Shown: positions 1 to 8,604, counted from the first letter of the stretch. The stretch: 50,447 nt of DNA from Oscillospiraceae bacterium (GCA_045112425.1 JBGUHV010000068.1:1-50447); one strand, 5' to 3'. Notes: a model not told the origin generated them from the letters alone. Translations and numbers: made by a program.

Positions 1-1631
1 CTGCTCTCGAGGGCGAGGCGGATCGTGCGGCGCACGGCGCCGTTTTCCAAAAGCTCCTCCGCACCATAGCGCCGGAGCTGATCGTTCACGGCGCCGACGT
101 GCTCGGTGAGATAGAGCCGCACGCCCCTGGCGCGCAGGCTCCGCTCGAGCTGCAGCACGCGCTCGGCGGCGGTGATGTCAATGTTCGCGATGCCGCGCCC
201 ATCCACGATGACCTGCTTCGTATCGGGCTGCACGGCGGCGAGAATGTCGGACTGAAAGGCGCCGACGTTGGCGAAAAACACGTTGCCGCTGAAGCGGTAG
301 ATCACCGTGTGCTCAATCGGGTGCGCGGCGCGGTTTCGCTCGAGATTATAGAAATCCTCGTGCCCGGGGATCATGCCGAGATACCCCTTCGGCGGCACGA
401 CCGCGCGCACCACAACGGCGAAGAAGCTCAAAAGCACGCCGATGAGCACGCCGCCCATCGTGCCGAAGAGGAGCACGCCGAAGAAGGCCGCGAGGAAGAT
501 ATAAAACTCCCGCCGGTTCGCGCGCAGCAGGCTCCGCGCCATTTTGATCTCCAGAATGCCAATGAGCGCGGCGGCGACGATGCCGGTGAGCACCGGCACG
601 GGCAGGAGGCTCAGCATCGGCGTGAAAAAGAGCAGCACCAGCAGCATCACCGCCGCTGCCGTGACGCTCATGAGCTGGCTCCTGCAGCCGAACTGATCGG
701 CCATGCCGGAGCGCGAGACGCTGCCGTTGACCGGGCAGCAGCCGGTCGTGCAGGCGGCGAGCTCCATCACGGCATATGCCAGAAGCTCCCGCCGGTTGTC
801 GACCGGGTCATCATAGCGCTGGGCATAGCTGTTGGTGGCAAGGAGCGTCTGCGCCATGACGACGAGCGCAATGGTGAGACTCAAGACCGCAATCGACTGC
901 ACCCTGCCCGCGAGGAGCGTCACGTCCGGGATTGAAAACCGGGGCAGCCCGCGCGGCACGGCGGGCAGGAGCTTCACGCCGAGGCGGTCGATATGAAACA
1001 CCGCCGTGAGCACGACGCCGAGCGCCATGAGCACCACGGGCATCGGAAACCTCGGCCAGAGCCGCTTGGAGACGAGAATGATGACGACCGTGCCGAAGCC
1101 GAGCAGCGCTGAGAGCGGGTGGAAATTGGGAAGCTCGGCGGCGATGTGGCGCAGGAGCGGAACGAGCTCCCCCGTGCCGGCGCTGCCGCCGAAGAGCTTC
1201 GGCACCTGCATGAGGATGATCGTGGCGCCGACGCCGGAGATGAACCCGCCCATGACGGGCGTGGAGATATACTTCACCACGCGCCCGGCGCGAAACAGCC
1301 AGAACACGAGAAACCAGACCCCGACGCAGAGCGTCACGACCGGCACGAGCGCCGTGGCCTCCTCCCCGCCGAGGACGAGACCCATCGACGAGAGCGCGGC
1401 GCCGACCATGACGGCGGGCATCGCGTCCACGCCGACGACAAACTGCGGCGACGACGTGACGAGGCCGAAGAGCAGAATCGGCAGCAAGGATCCATAGAGC
1501 CCATAGACCGCCGGCAGCCCCGCAATCTGCGCATAGCCCATCGAGATCGGGATGGAGACGAGCGCGACAATGACCCCGGAGAGAAGATCCGGGGCGGGAT
1601 GTTTGAAATTGATGACAGGGGTGAAACGCAT
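1..1631 (-). CDS. SulP-family anion transporter with C-terminal STAS domain (3' end runs off the window)
   Basis: Not in the ORF track because its stop lies left of the window. Manual minus-strand translation from the ATG at 1631-1629 gives MRFTPVINFKHPAPDLLSGVIVALVSIPISMGYAQIAGLPAVYGLYGSLLPILLFG..., a multi-TM SulP core. A STAS-like tail follows (TVIYRFSGNVFFANVGAFQSDIL...VIVDGRGIANIDITAAERVLQLERSLRARGVRLYL). GGAGG lies 5 nt upstream of the ATG. Confidence 0.85.
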   Translation of the reverse strand, partial: MRFTPVINFKHPAPDLLSGVIVALVSIPISMGYAQIAGLPAVYGLYGSLLPILLFGLVTSSPQFVVGVDAMPAVMVGAALSSMGLVLGGEEATALVPVVTLCVGVWFLVFWLFRAGRVVKYISTPVMGGFISGVGATIILMQVPKLFGGSAGTGELVPLLRHIAAELPNFHPLSALLGFGTVVIILVSKRLWPRFPMPVVLMALGVVLTAVFHIDRLGVKLLPAVPRGLPRFSIPDVTLLAGRVQSIAVLSLTIALVVMAQTLLATNSYAQRYDDPVDNRRELLAYAVMELAACTTGCCPVNGSVSRSGMADQFGCRSQLMSVTAAAVMLLVLLFFTPMLSLLPVPVLTGIVAAALIGILEIKMARSLLRANRREFYIFLAAFFGVLLFGTMGGVLIGVLLSFFAVVVRAVVPPKGYLGMIPGHEDFYNLERNRAAHPIEHTVIYRFSGNVFFANVGAFQSDILAAVQPDTKQVIVDGRGIANIDITAAERVLQLERSLRARGVRLYLTEHVGAVNDQLRRYGAEELLENGAVRRTIRLALES

Positions 1632-1644
1632 GAAAACCTCCGGG

Positions 1645-2043
1645 AGAGTGTGGAGTTTGGAGTGTGGAGTGTGGAGTTTAAAAGCAGTGCGCTTCGCGCA
1701 ATTGGATAACCCCCTCAGTCTCGTCGCGGCAAGCTCCATATCCCTCACCGCTGAGCAAAGCTCACCGGATCGCTCATTCCGCTGCCGCTCCTCTCAAAAT
1801 CAAAGCAATTGCTTTGATTTTGCTCAGGAGGATTGACTTTCGCCGTCAGCCTTGTGAGGCCAAAGCCTCGCAAGGTGACTTGCGCAAGTCAATCGGACGC
1901 GGGGGCGCCAAGTAGGTGCGCCAGTGCACTTGCCTCCCCCTATGGGGGAGGTGGCCGAGCGAGGCGAGGCCGGTGGGGGTCTTCCAATTTCGTCGGCGCA
2001 AGCCGACACCGCAACTCCACACTCCTAACTCCCCACTCCACAC
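1645..2043. repeat. Mosaic intergenic element A: 7-nt-periodic inverted arms flanking hairpin modules and a 270-bp core
   Basis: The left arm (1645-1679) is 4-5 tandem GGAGTKT heptads. The right arm (2013-2043) is the imperfect complement (AACTCCA CACTCCT AACTCCC CACTCCA). The interior holds a GCGCTTCGCGC hairpin, the core 1711-1980 (about 90 percent identical by eye to 36712-36980), and a GTCGGC-GCAA-GCCGAC hairpin also seen at 44298-44314 and 48829-48844. Confidence 0.8.
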
Positions 2044-2101
2044 TTTTTTCACACTTTACCACGTTCTGTCCTTCTATGCAAACATTCCCTTTTCCGCTCC
2101 C

Positions 2102-2130
2102 TTGAAAAAGGGAACCAAAAATGGTAAACT
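2102..2130 (+). promoter_or_regulatory. Putative sigma-70-type promoter of the LRR/SLH surface protein gene
   Basis: TTGAAA (2102-2107), 17-nt spacer ending TGG (extended -10), TAAACT (2125-2130). It lies about 50 nt upstream of the ATG at 2179. Confidence 0.4.
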
Positions 2131-2178
2131 TGCGTCAGAATCCTGTTGAGATTTTTTCCCTGAAAGGAGCAGAGATAT

Positions 2179-5100
2179 ATGACGAAACGACTGCTTTCGC
2201 TTGCGCTGTCTCTGATGATGGTGCTGAGCCTGTTTGCGGGGCTCGCCGTGCCCGCGAGCGCGGACGGCGAGATCGGCCAGCTCTTTGACCGCTACCTCAC
2301 CGGCGAGAAGATCGACGAGCTGTTCGCCGGCGACGCCGTGAAGACCAAGAGCAACTACGTCGGCAAGAACAACCCCGGCGCGGTGCGCTATGAGATCTAC
2401 CGCGTCGATCCCGAAAAGGTCAAATCGCTGCAGGCCGACACGAGCGTGCTCGAGCAGAACGCGCTCTTCCAGCAGCTGCGCGAGCGCTACCCGGACTTCA
2501 ACGTCAACGGCGACCAGCTGCTGACCGATCTGAACTTCAACCTGCAGGATGATCAGGAATACTACGCCCTCAAGCTCTACGGCATCAACGACGGCGTGAT
2601 GGAGGACTACTCCCTCACGAAGAAGGCGCCGTGGGTCGGCACGGTGGTGCTCGATGACGGCACCGAGGTCGACAAGATGGACGAGAAGATCATCGCGATC
2701 TATGTGGAGGGCAAGAACACCAAGCTCAGCCACGCGGGCGTGACGAACATCGGCGAGCGCGCATTCTTCGGCATGGACGGGGTCATGCTCGCCTACCTCG
2801 GCGAGACGGTCAAGACCATCGGCGAGAAGGCCTTTGAGACCTGCGACCAGCTCACCGCCGTGAACTTCCCCTCGAAGCTCGAGAGCATCGGCCGCCGCGC
2901 GTTTTATGCCTGCGACTATCTCACCTTCGCGCGCATGAACACCTGCACGCTGCTCAAGGAGATTCCCGAGCGCGCCTTCTGCACCTGCAGCCACCTGACG
3001 GAGATCTCCTTCCCCCCGAACGTGACGAGCATCGGCGACTTCGCCTTTGCGTGGGATCATGTGCTCGGCACGAACAAGTTTAACCTCCCGGCGAACCTCA
3101 AGACGCTCGGCACGGGCGCGTTTACCTTCTGCTCGCACCTCGGCGTCGTGGGCGACGTCTCGATCCCCGCGAGCACGACGAACATCGGCGCGTGGGCCTT
3201 CGCCTGCTGCTTCGACATGGGCCGCGGCGGCGAGCTGAACATCTATCCCGGCAGAGCGGGCGCGGCTCAGGCGCTCACCATCGGCACCGGCGCCTTCGCC
3301 GGCTGCGCCTCGCTCAATCAGATCACCTTCCCGAACCGCGTGCGCCAGATCGGCAGCTATGCCTTCGCCGCCTGCGATCAGCTTGAGCGCGTCATCTTCG
3401 GCGACCGCGACGGCACGGACGCTCTGCACGTCGCCATCATCGGCGACCGCGCGTTCGATTCTCTTGAAGACACCGGCCTGAGTGCCTTCCGCACCGTGGC
3501 CGACGCCTTCAAGGTGACGGACAGCGGCGAGGCCGCGTATGTGGACGGCTCCCGCTCTGCGGCAGAGAAGCTCAGCGGCGAGGTCTATGATCTCAGCGGC
3601 GTGACCCCGCTGAAATATGCCGCCTTCGGCAGCATCCCGCCGACGAAGGACTCTGTCGTGGAAGCAAAGGCCAACAAGCACTCCTTCCCACGCGACGTCA
3701 CCATCTGGTATCCCTCCCCGGATTACAACAAGGACGCCTACGGCCAGTGGCGCAGCGTCGTGACGCCGGGCAACCCCATGAGCACCTGGTACGGCTACAG
3801 CTGCGAGCCGATGTGGGTCGGCCACTACCATGAATACGGCGACCCGGAGATCGTGGAGCGCACCTGCACACAGGACGGGCTCGAGATCTACACCTGCCAC
3901 GTCTGGCAGGACGGCAAGGAATGCGGCCATGTGGAGACCGTCGTCACGGCGGAGCACACCGGGCACGACAGCGAGGTCATCAAGTCTGAGGATCCCGACT
4001 GCACGCACGACGGCGTCGCCTGGTATCAGTGCTACAACGAGTGGTGCGACAAGCCGATCTACTCCGAGACGCTCCCCGCCCTCGGTCACGACTACGAGCA
4101 TCTCGCGGAATACAAGGCGCCCACCTGTCTGGAAGCCGGCTATGCCAGAGGCACCTGCTCCCGCTGCGGCGAGGCGATCGACGAGGTGATCCCCGCCAAG
4201 GGGCACAACACGTCCTCGATGGATCTCGTCAAGGCGCCGACCTGCACCGAGTCCGGCTACTATCAGGGCGACTGCATGGACTGCGGCCGCCGCAGCGTGC
4301 GCCAGACGGTGCCCGCGCTGGGTCACGATTGGAACGACGGTGTGATCATCAAGCCCGCCACGCAGACGGAAGACGGCAGCGCGCTCTATACCTGCATGCG
4401 CTGCGGCGAGACGGAGGAGCGCGTCATCCCCAAGACGATGCACGTGCACAGCTATGTGGAGACCGTCGTTCCCCCGACCTGCACCACGGAGGGCTACACG
4501 AACTACAAGTGCTCCGGCTGCGGCGATGAATACAACGACAACTACATCCCCGCCGCCCACAAGTGGGATCAGGGCACGGTCGTCACGCCGGCCGGCGCCC
4601 ACACCGCGGGCAGCATCAAATATACCTGCACCGTCTGCGGCACCTATAAATATGACACCATCCCCGCCACGGGGCTGCAGTTCGTGGACGTGCCGGACGG
4701 CGACTGGTTCACGGAGCCCGTCAACTGGGCGGTGAATCACAAGCCGCAGATCACCAACGGCACCGACCCGACGCACTTCTCCCCCGATGCCTACTGCACC
4801 CGCGGTCAGGCCGTGACCTTCCTTTACCGCGCGGCGGGCGAGCCGGCTGTGACCGGCGTGAACCCGTTCTACGACGTGCACGCGGATGATTACTACTACA
4901 ATGCCGTGCGCTGGGCGGTGAAAAACGGCATCACGGACGGCACGAGCCCCAGCACCTTCTCGCCGGACGACACCTGCACCCGCGCCCACATCGTCACGTT
5001 CCTGTGGCGCTGGATGAATAAGCCCGGCGTCCATTCGAGCGTGATCCCGTTCTGGGACGTGGGTTACAACGAATGGTACACGCAGCCGGTGCTCTGGGCG

Positions 5101-5211
5101 GCTGAAAACAATGTGACCAACGGCATCAGCCCGGGCATCTTCGGCACGATGAATTACTGCACGCGCGCGCAGATCGTCACCTTCCTCCAGCGCGCGGACA
5201 AGCTGAAATAA
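2179..5211 (+). CDS. Secreted cell-surface protein: signal peptide, BspA-type leucine-rich repeats, seven Cys/His-rich ~40-aa modules, three C-terminal SLH domains
   Basis: 1010-aa ORF with AAAGGAG 8 nt upstream. N-terminus MTKRLLSLALSLMMVLSLFAGLAVPASA. LRR_5-like repeats (IGERAFFG..., IGEKAFETCDQL, IGRRAFYACDYL, IGDFAFAW, LGTGAFTFCSHL, IGAWAFACC, IGTGAFAGCASL, IGSYAFAACDQL). Three SLH repeats (FVDVPDGDWFTEPVNWAV..., FYDVHADDYYYNAVRWAV..., FWDVGYNEWYTQPVLWAA...). Confidence 0.85.
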   Translation: MTKRLLSLALSLMMVLSLFAGLAVPASADGEIGQLFDRYLTGEKIDELFAGDAVKTKSNYVGKNNPGAVRYEIYRVDPEKVKSLQADTSVLEQNALFQQLRERYPDFNVNGDQLLTDLNFNLQDDQEYYALKLYGINDGVMEDYSLTKKAPWVGTVVLDDGTEVDKMDEKIIAIYVEGKNTKLSHAGVTNIGERAFFGMDGVMLAYLGETVKTIGEKAFETCDQLTAVNFPSKLESIGRRAFYACDYLTFARMNTCTLLKEIPERAFCTCSHLTEISFPPNVTSIGDFAFAWDHVLGTNKFNLPANLKTLGTGAFTFCSHLGVVGDVSIPASTTNIGAWAFACCFDMGRGGELNIYPGRAGAAQALTIGTGAFAGCASLNQITFPNRVRQIGSYAFAACDQLERVIFGDRDGTDALHVAIIGDRAFDSLEDTGLSAFRTVADAFKVTDSGEAAYVDGSRSAAEKLSGEVYDLSGVTPLKYAAFGSIPPTKDSVVEAKANKHSFPRDVTIWYPSPDYNKDAYGQWRSVVTPGNPMSTWYGYSCEPMWVGHYHEYGDPEIVERTCTQDGLEIYTCHVWQDGKECGHVETVVTAEHTGHDSEVIKSEDPDCTHDGVAWYQCYNEWCDKPIYSETLPALGHDYEHLAEYKAPTCLEAGYARGTCSRCGEAIDEVIPAKGHNTSSMDLVKAPTCTESGYYQGDCMDCGRRSVRQTVPALGHDWNDGVIIKPATQTEDGSALYTCMRCGETEERVIPKTMHVHSYVETVVPPTCTTEGYTNYKCSGCGDEYNDNYIPAAHKWDQGTVVTPAGAHTAGSIKYTCTVCGTYKYDTIPATGLQFVDVPDGDWFTEPVNWAVNHKPQITNGTDPTHFSPDAYCTRGQAVTFLYRAAGEPAVTGVNPFYDVHADDYYYNAVRWAVKNGITDGTSPSTFSPDDTCTRAHIVTFLWRWMNKPGVHSSVIPFWDVGYNEWYTQPVLWAAENNVTNGISPGIFGTMNYCTRAQIVTFLQRADKLK

Positions 5212-5225
5212 GACCATCGGCAAGG

Positions 5226-5257
5226 AAAAACGCTCCCGGTTTCGGGAGCGTTTTTTG
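5226..5257 (+). terminator. Rho-independent terminator of the LRR/SLH gene
   Basis: AAAAACGCTCCCG-GTTT-CGGGAGCG followed by TTTTTT, 15 nt after the stop codon. Confidence 0.8.
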
Positions 5258-5289
5258 TGTTCCGGCAGAACGTACCGCAATGCGGCAAG

Positions 5290-5725
5290 CGTCCGTCAAA
5301 GGGTCGTAGAGGACGCCGACCCCTACGGTGGCATCGCACCGGAACAGAATCCGTAGGGGCGATTCACGAATCGCCCGCGGCGTCGGCAGGCGTCTCACAA
5401 GGCGGGCGACGCAGGTCGCCCCTACAGCATGATAATCTGCCGGCAGAATTCGTCGGACATTGCCGCGAAGCGAAAACCTCACGCACATGGGTGGACTCCG
5501 TTCGGGCGCAGATGCCCCCTCAGTCGCGGCTTGCGCCGCGCCAGCTCCCCCGTAGGGGGCGCCAAGAGGCTGCCTCGCAGAGTTCACGCGAATGCGTGAA
5601 GAAATTCAAATCCGTTTTTCCGGCGACATGTGCGGCGGAAAAACTCCCTGAGGCGCGGCTGATGCCGCGCCCTCGCGCCGACCAACCGAGCAAAGCGAGG
5701 GCGATGGAGCGCGAGTATCCAAAAA
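5290..5725. repeat. Mosaic intergenic element B: three GTAG-headed REP-like palindromes plus modules shared with other loci
   Basis: REP-like units at 5301-5326 (-), 5353-5376 (+) and 5401-5425 (-). The CCCCTCAGTCGCGGC...GGGGGCGCCAAG module (5516-5573) resembles the head of the 270-bp core. The 5574-5725 module aligns with 29124-29278. Confidence 0.75.
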
Positions 5726-5762
5726 AAGAAGCCCTGCCGACAGGCAGGACTTCTTTTTTTGT
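5721..5762 (-). terminator. Rho-independent terminator ending the ribosomal supercluster (bidirectional shape)
   Basis: The minus strand reads GAAGTCCTGCC-TGTC-GGCAGGGCTTC followed by TTTTTTT, just after the rplQ stop. A- and T-runs lie on both sides. Confidence 0.8.
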
Positions 5763-5767
5763 TTTGG

Positions 5768-6109
5768 TTACACGAGCTCGATGACTGCCATCTCGGCAGC
5801 GTCGCCGCGGCGGGTGCCGATGCGGGTGATGCGGGTGTAGCCGCCGTTGCGCTCGGCATAGCCGGGAGCGACGGTATCAAACAGCTTCTTGGCGACATCC
5901 TCACGGGTGATGTAAGCCAGAGCCTGACGGTATGCGGGCAGGCCACCCTTCTTGCCAAGGGTGATCATTTTCTCGGCCATGGGAGCAATCTCCTTGGCGC
6001 GGAAGAGCGTGGTCTCCATGCGGCCCTTATCGAGCAGATCGGTCACCTGCTGACGGAGCATGGCCTTGCGCTGCGCGCTGGTCTTGCCGAGTTTCCTTGT
6101 TCCGGGCAT
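5768..6109 (-). CDS. rplQ: 50S ribosomal protein L17
   Basis: 113 aa, [22 protein letters not shown]...[13 protein letters not shown]. Last gene of the alpha operon. Confidence 0.97.
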   Translation of the reverse strand: MPGTRKLGKTSAQRKAMLRQQVTDLLDKGRMETTLFRAKEIAPMAEKMITLGKKGGLPAYRQALAYITREDVAKKLFDTVAPGYAERNGGYTRITRIGTRRGDAAEMAVIELV

Positions 6110-6163
6110 TTCGGTTTTTCCTCCTTGTTAGCGGTATGGTATTACGATACGCTATTGCGTGAA

Positions 6164-7117
6164 TTACTGCTGGCTGTCGTCACTGGCCAGGGACAGGCCC
6201 ATCGTGGCGAGCTTATGCTCGACCTCTTCCAGAGACTTGCGGCCAAGGTTGCGCACCTTGATCATTTCTTCCTGCGTCTTCGTGGTCAGATCCTCGACCG
6301 TGTGGATGTTGGCGCGCTTCAGGCAGTTGAAGCTGCGCACGGAGAGGTCCAGCTCCTCGATCGTCATCTTGAGGACGGTATCGGGCTGCTTGACCTCGCG
6401 CTCCACGACGGTGCTGCGGCTGCCGATCGTGTCGGACAGATCGGTGAAGAGCGTGAAGAGATCGCAGAGGATCTTGGCGCCAAGACTCAGCGCGTCGCGC
6501 GCGGTGGTGGTCTTGTCGGTCCAGACCTCGATGGTGAGCTTGTCATAGTCCGTCTGGTTGCCGACACGGGTGTTTTCCACCGTGTAGTTCACCTTCAGGA
6601 CCGGGGCGTAGATGGAGTCCACCGGAATGGTTCCGATGATCTGCTGTGCGCCCTTGTTCTTGTCCGCCGGCACATAGCCGCGGCCCTTATCGAGCGTAAT
6701 CTCCATGGAGAGCGCGCCGTCGGGGCCGAGCGTGGCGATGTGCAGCTCGGGATTGAGAATCTCCACGTCGGCATCCGCGCGGATGTCGCCCGCGGTGACC
6801 TCGCCCTCACCGGAGGCCTCGAGGTAGACGGTCTTGGGGCCGTCGCAGTGGAGGCTGGCGATGATGCTCTTGACGTTGAGAACGATCTCGGTCACGTCCT
6901 CGGTCACGCCGGGGATCGTGGCGAACTCGTGCTGCACGCCATTGATGCGGATGGAGGTCGGAGCGGTGCCGGGGAGAGAGGAGAGCAGGACTCTGCGAAG
7001 GGAGTTCCCAAGCGTCGTGCCGTAACCGCGCTCCAAAGGCTCGATCACATACTTGCCGTAGGAAGCGTCCTCGGGGGATTCGATGCATTCAATGCGCGGC
7101 TTCTGAATTTCAACCAT
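6164..7117 (-). CDS. rpoA: DNA-directed RNA polymerase alpha subunit
   Basis: 317 aa, ...[20 protein letters not shown]...[22 protein letters not shown]. Conserved operon position. Confidence 0.97.
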   Translation of the reverse strand: MVEIQKPRIECIESPEDASYGKYVIEPLERGYGTTLGNSLRRVLLSSLPGTAPTSIRINGVQHEFATIPGVTEDVTEIVLNVKSIIASLHCDGPKTVYLEASGEGEVTAGDIRADADVEILNPELHIATLGPDGALSMEITLDKGRGYVPADKNKGAQQIIGTIPVDSIYAPVLKVNYTVENTRVGNQTDYDKLTIEVWTDKTTTARDALSLGAKILCDLFTLFTDLSDTIGSRSTVVEREVKQPDTVLKMTIEELDLSVRSFNCLKRANIHTVEDLTTKTQEEMIKVRNLGRKSLEEVEHKLATMGLSLASDDSQQ

Positions 7118-7200
7118 GTTCGAAGTAACCCTCCTTGTGAAATTGTTGCGTCAGCTGTTGACGCTGCGTGGATCAGCTTACCAATATGAGGGTTTCTAAA

Positions 7201-7800
7201 TTACTTAGAATACAGCTCGACGATGAGGTGCTCTTCCACAGGCAGATCGATGTCTTCGCGCGCGGGAACAGCCAGAACCTTCGCGGTCATGTTGTTCGCG
7301 TCGTACTCGATCCACTTGGGAGTGGCACGGAAAGAAGTGCCTTCCAGGTTGGCCTTGATCTTCTCAAGGTTCTTGCTGGAATCCTTCAGCGTAATAACCA
7401 TACCGGGCTTCACGAGGAAGCTGGGGATGTTGACCTTGCGGCCGTTGACCAGAATGTGGCCGTGGCTGACAAGCTGACGGGCCTCGGGGCGGGTCATGGC
7501 GAAGCCAAGACGGAACACCACGTTGTCCAGGCGGCTCTCCAGAATGGCGAGCAGGTTCTCGCCGGTCTGGCCGGGACGGCGCTCGGCCATCTCGAAGTAG
7601 TTCTTGAACTGACGCTCCAGAACGCCATAGACAAACTTGACCTTCTGCTTCTCATTGAGCTGGCGGCCGTACTCAGACTGCTTGCGGCGCATCTGACCCT
7701 TGGGGTTGCGGTTCGTGGTCTTCTTGGCGTAGCCCAGCTCAGCGGGGGAAATGCCCAGCGCCTTGCAGCGCTTGGCGATCGGCTGAATATTTCTTGCCAT
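7201..7800 (-). CDS. rpsD: 30S ribosomal protein S4
   Basis: 199 aa, [19 protein letters not shown]...YGVLERQF...[13 protein letters not shown]. Confidence 0.97.
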   Translation of the reverse strand: MARNIQPIAKRCKALGISPAELGYAKKTTNRNPKGQMRRKQSEYGRQLNEKQKVKFVYGVLERQFKNYFEMAERRPGQTGENLLAILESRLDNVVFRLGFAMTRPEARQLVSHGHILVNGRKVNIPSFLVKPGMVITLKDSSKNLEKIKANLEGTSFRATPKWIEYDANNMTAKVLAVPAREDIDLPVEEHLIVELYSK

Positions 7801-7820
7801 AATTCTCTACCTCCTATTCC

Positions 7821-8219
7821 TTAGACGCGGCGGCGCTTGGGAGGACGGCAGCCGTTGTGCGGAATCGGGGTGACGTCCTTGATCATGGTGACTTCAAGAC
7901 CGGCGGTCTGGAGGGCGCGGATGGCAGCCTCACGACCCGAGCCGGGGCCCTTGACGAACACTTCCACCGTCTTCAGACCATGCTCCATGGCAGCCTTGGC
8001 GGCCGTCTCGGCAGCGGTCTGAGCCGCGAAGGGGGTAGACTTCTTGCTTCCGCGGAAGCCCATGCCGCCGGCGGACGCCCAGGAGATGGCGTTGCCCTGC
8101 GGATCGGTGATGGTGACCATCGTGTTGTTGAAGGAAGAGCTGATGTGAACGGCGCCCTTCTCGATATTCTTGCGCTCTTTGCGGCGCGTTCTTACCTTTT
8201 TGCCTTTCGGTGCAGCCAT
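7821..8219 (-). CDS. rpsK: 30S ribosomal protein S11
   Basis: 132 aa, ...[30 protein letters not shown]...[13 protein letters not shown]. Confidence 0.97.
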   Translation of the reverse strand: MAAPKGKKVRTRRKERKNIEKGAVHISSSFNNTMVTITDPQGNAISWASAGGMGFRGSKKSTPFAAQTAAETAAKAAMEHGLKTVEVFVKGPGSGREAAIRALQTAGLEVTMIKDVTPIPHNGCRPPKRRRV

Positions 8220-8235
8220 TGTTCAGTTCCCTCCC

Positions 8236-8604
8236 TTACTTCTTCTTGTTGGCGATGGTGCGTTTCGGACCCTTGCGCGTGCGCGCATTGGTCTTGGAGC
8301 GCTGGCCGCGAACGGGCAGGCCGCGTCTGTGACGCATGCCGCGATAGCAGCCGATCTCCGTCAGGCGCTTGATGTCGAGCGCGACGCTGCGGCGGAGGTC
8401 GCCTTCCACGACGAAGTTGTGGTCGATGCACTCACGGATCTTGGCTTCTTCCTCGTCCGTGAGGTCCTTCACGCGGGTGTCGGGATTGATCCCGGTCATT
8501 TCGAGAATTTTCTTTGCGCTGGTTCTGCCGATACCGTAAACATAGGTCAGGCCAATTTCAATTCTTTTGTCCTTGGGCAGGTCAACGCCGGCGATACGTG
8601 CCAT
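8236..8604 (-). CDS. rpsM: 30S ribosomal protein S13
   Basis: 122 aa, [26 protein letters not shown]...[19 protein letters not shown]. Confidence 0.97.
   Translation of the reverse strand: MARIAGVDLPKDKRIEIGLTYVYGIGRTSAKKILEMTGINPDTRVKDLTDEEEAKIRECIDHNFVVEGDLRRSVALDIKRLTEIGCYRGMRHRRGLPVRGQRSKTNARTRKGPKRTIANKKK

Noticed and set aside
1645-1679. CRISPR array or iteron origin suggested by the tandem heptads and the repeated 24-nt palindromes
   Set aside because: The units are 7 nt with no spacers. The 24-nt REP-like units occur as inverted doublets at irregular loci rather than direct repeats with unique, equal-length spacers. No cas, rep or par genes are in the window.
99-1709. Plus-strand ORFs 99-935, 1006-1497 and 1119-1709
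   Set aside because: They are antisense to the SulP/STAS transporter. The ORF track omits that gene only because its stop codon lies outside the window, and its minus-strand translation is clearly a membrane transporter.
1833-2105. Possible conserved small protein: ORFs 1833-2105 and 36834-37298 both begin MTFAVSLVRPKPRKVTCASQSD
   Set aside because: The shared peptide is a by-product of the 270-bp DNA repeat. The start is a TTG placed 1 nt after an AGGAGG, which is too close. The two reading frames diverge completely after ~25 codons. The same DNA is dominated by hairpins.
2074-5280. 1068-aa ORF on the minus strand, exactly antisense to the LRR/SLH surface protein gene
   Set aside because: Its composition is the Ala/Arg/Gly/Val/Asp/His-rich low-complexity typical of the antisense frame of GC-rich genes. 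It has no RBS and no recognisable domain. The plus-strand gene has a signal peptide, an SD, LRR and SLH domains, and a terminator.
5177-5958. ORFs 5177-5587 (-), 5257-5784 (+) and 5584-5958 (-) in the region between the SLH gene and rplQ
   Set aside because: They run through REP-like palindromes, repeat modules and two terminators. They have no RBS, and peptide similarity to other loci again reflects repeated DNA.
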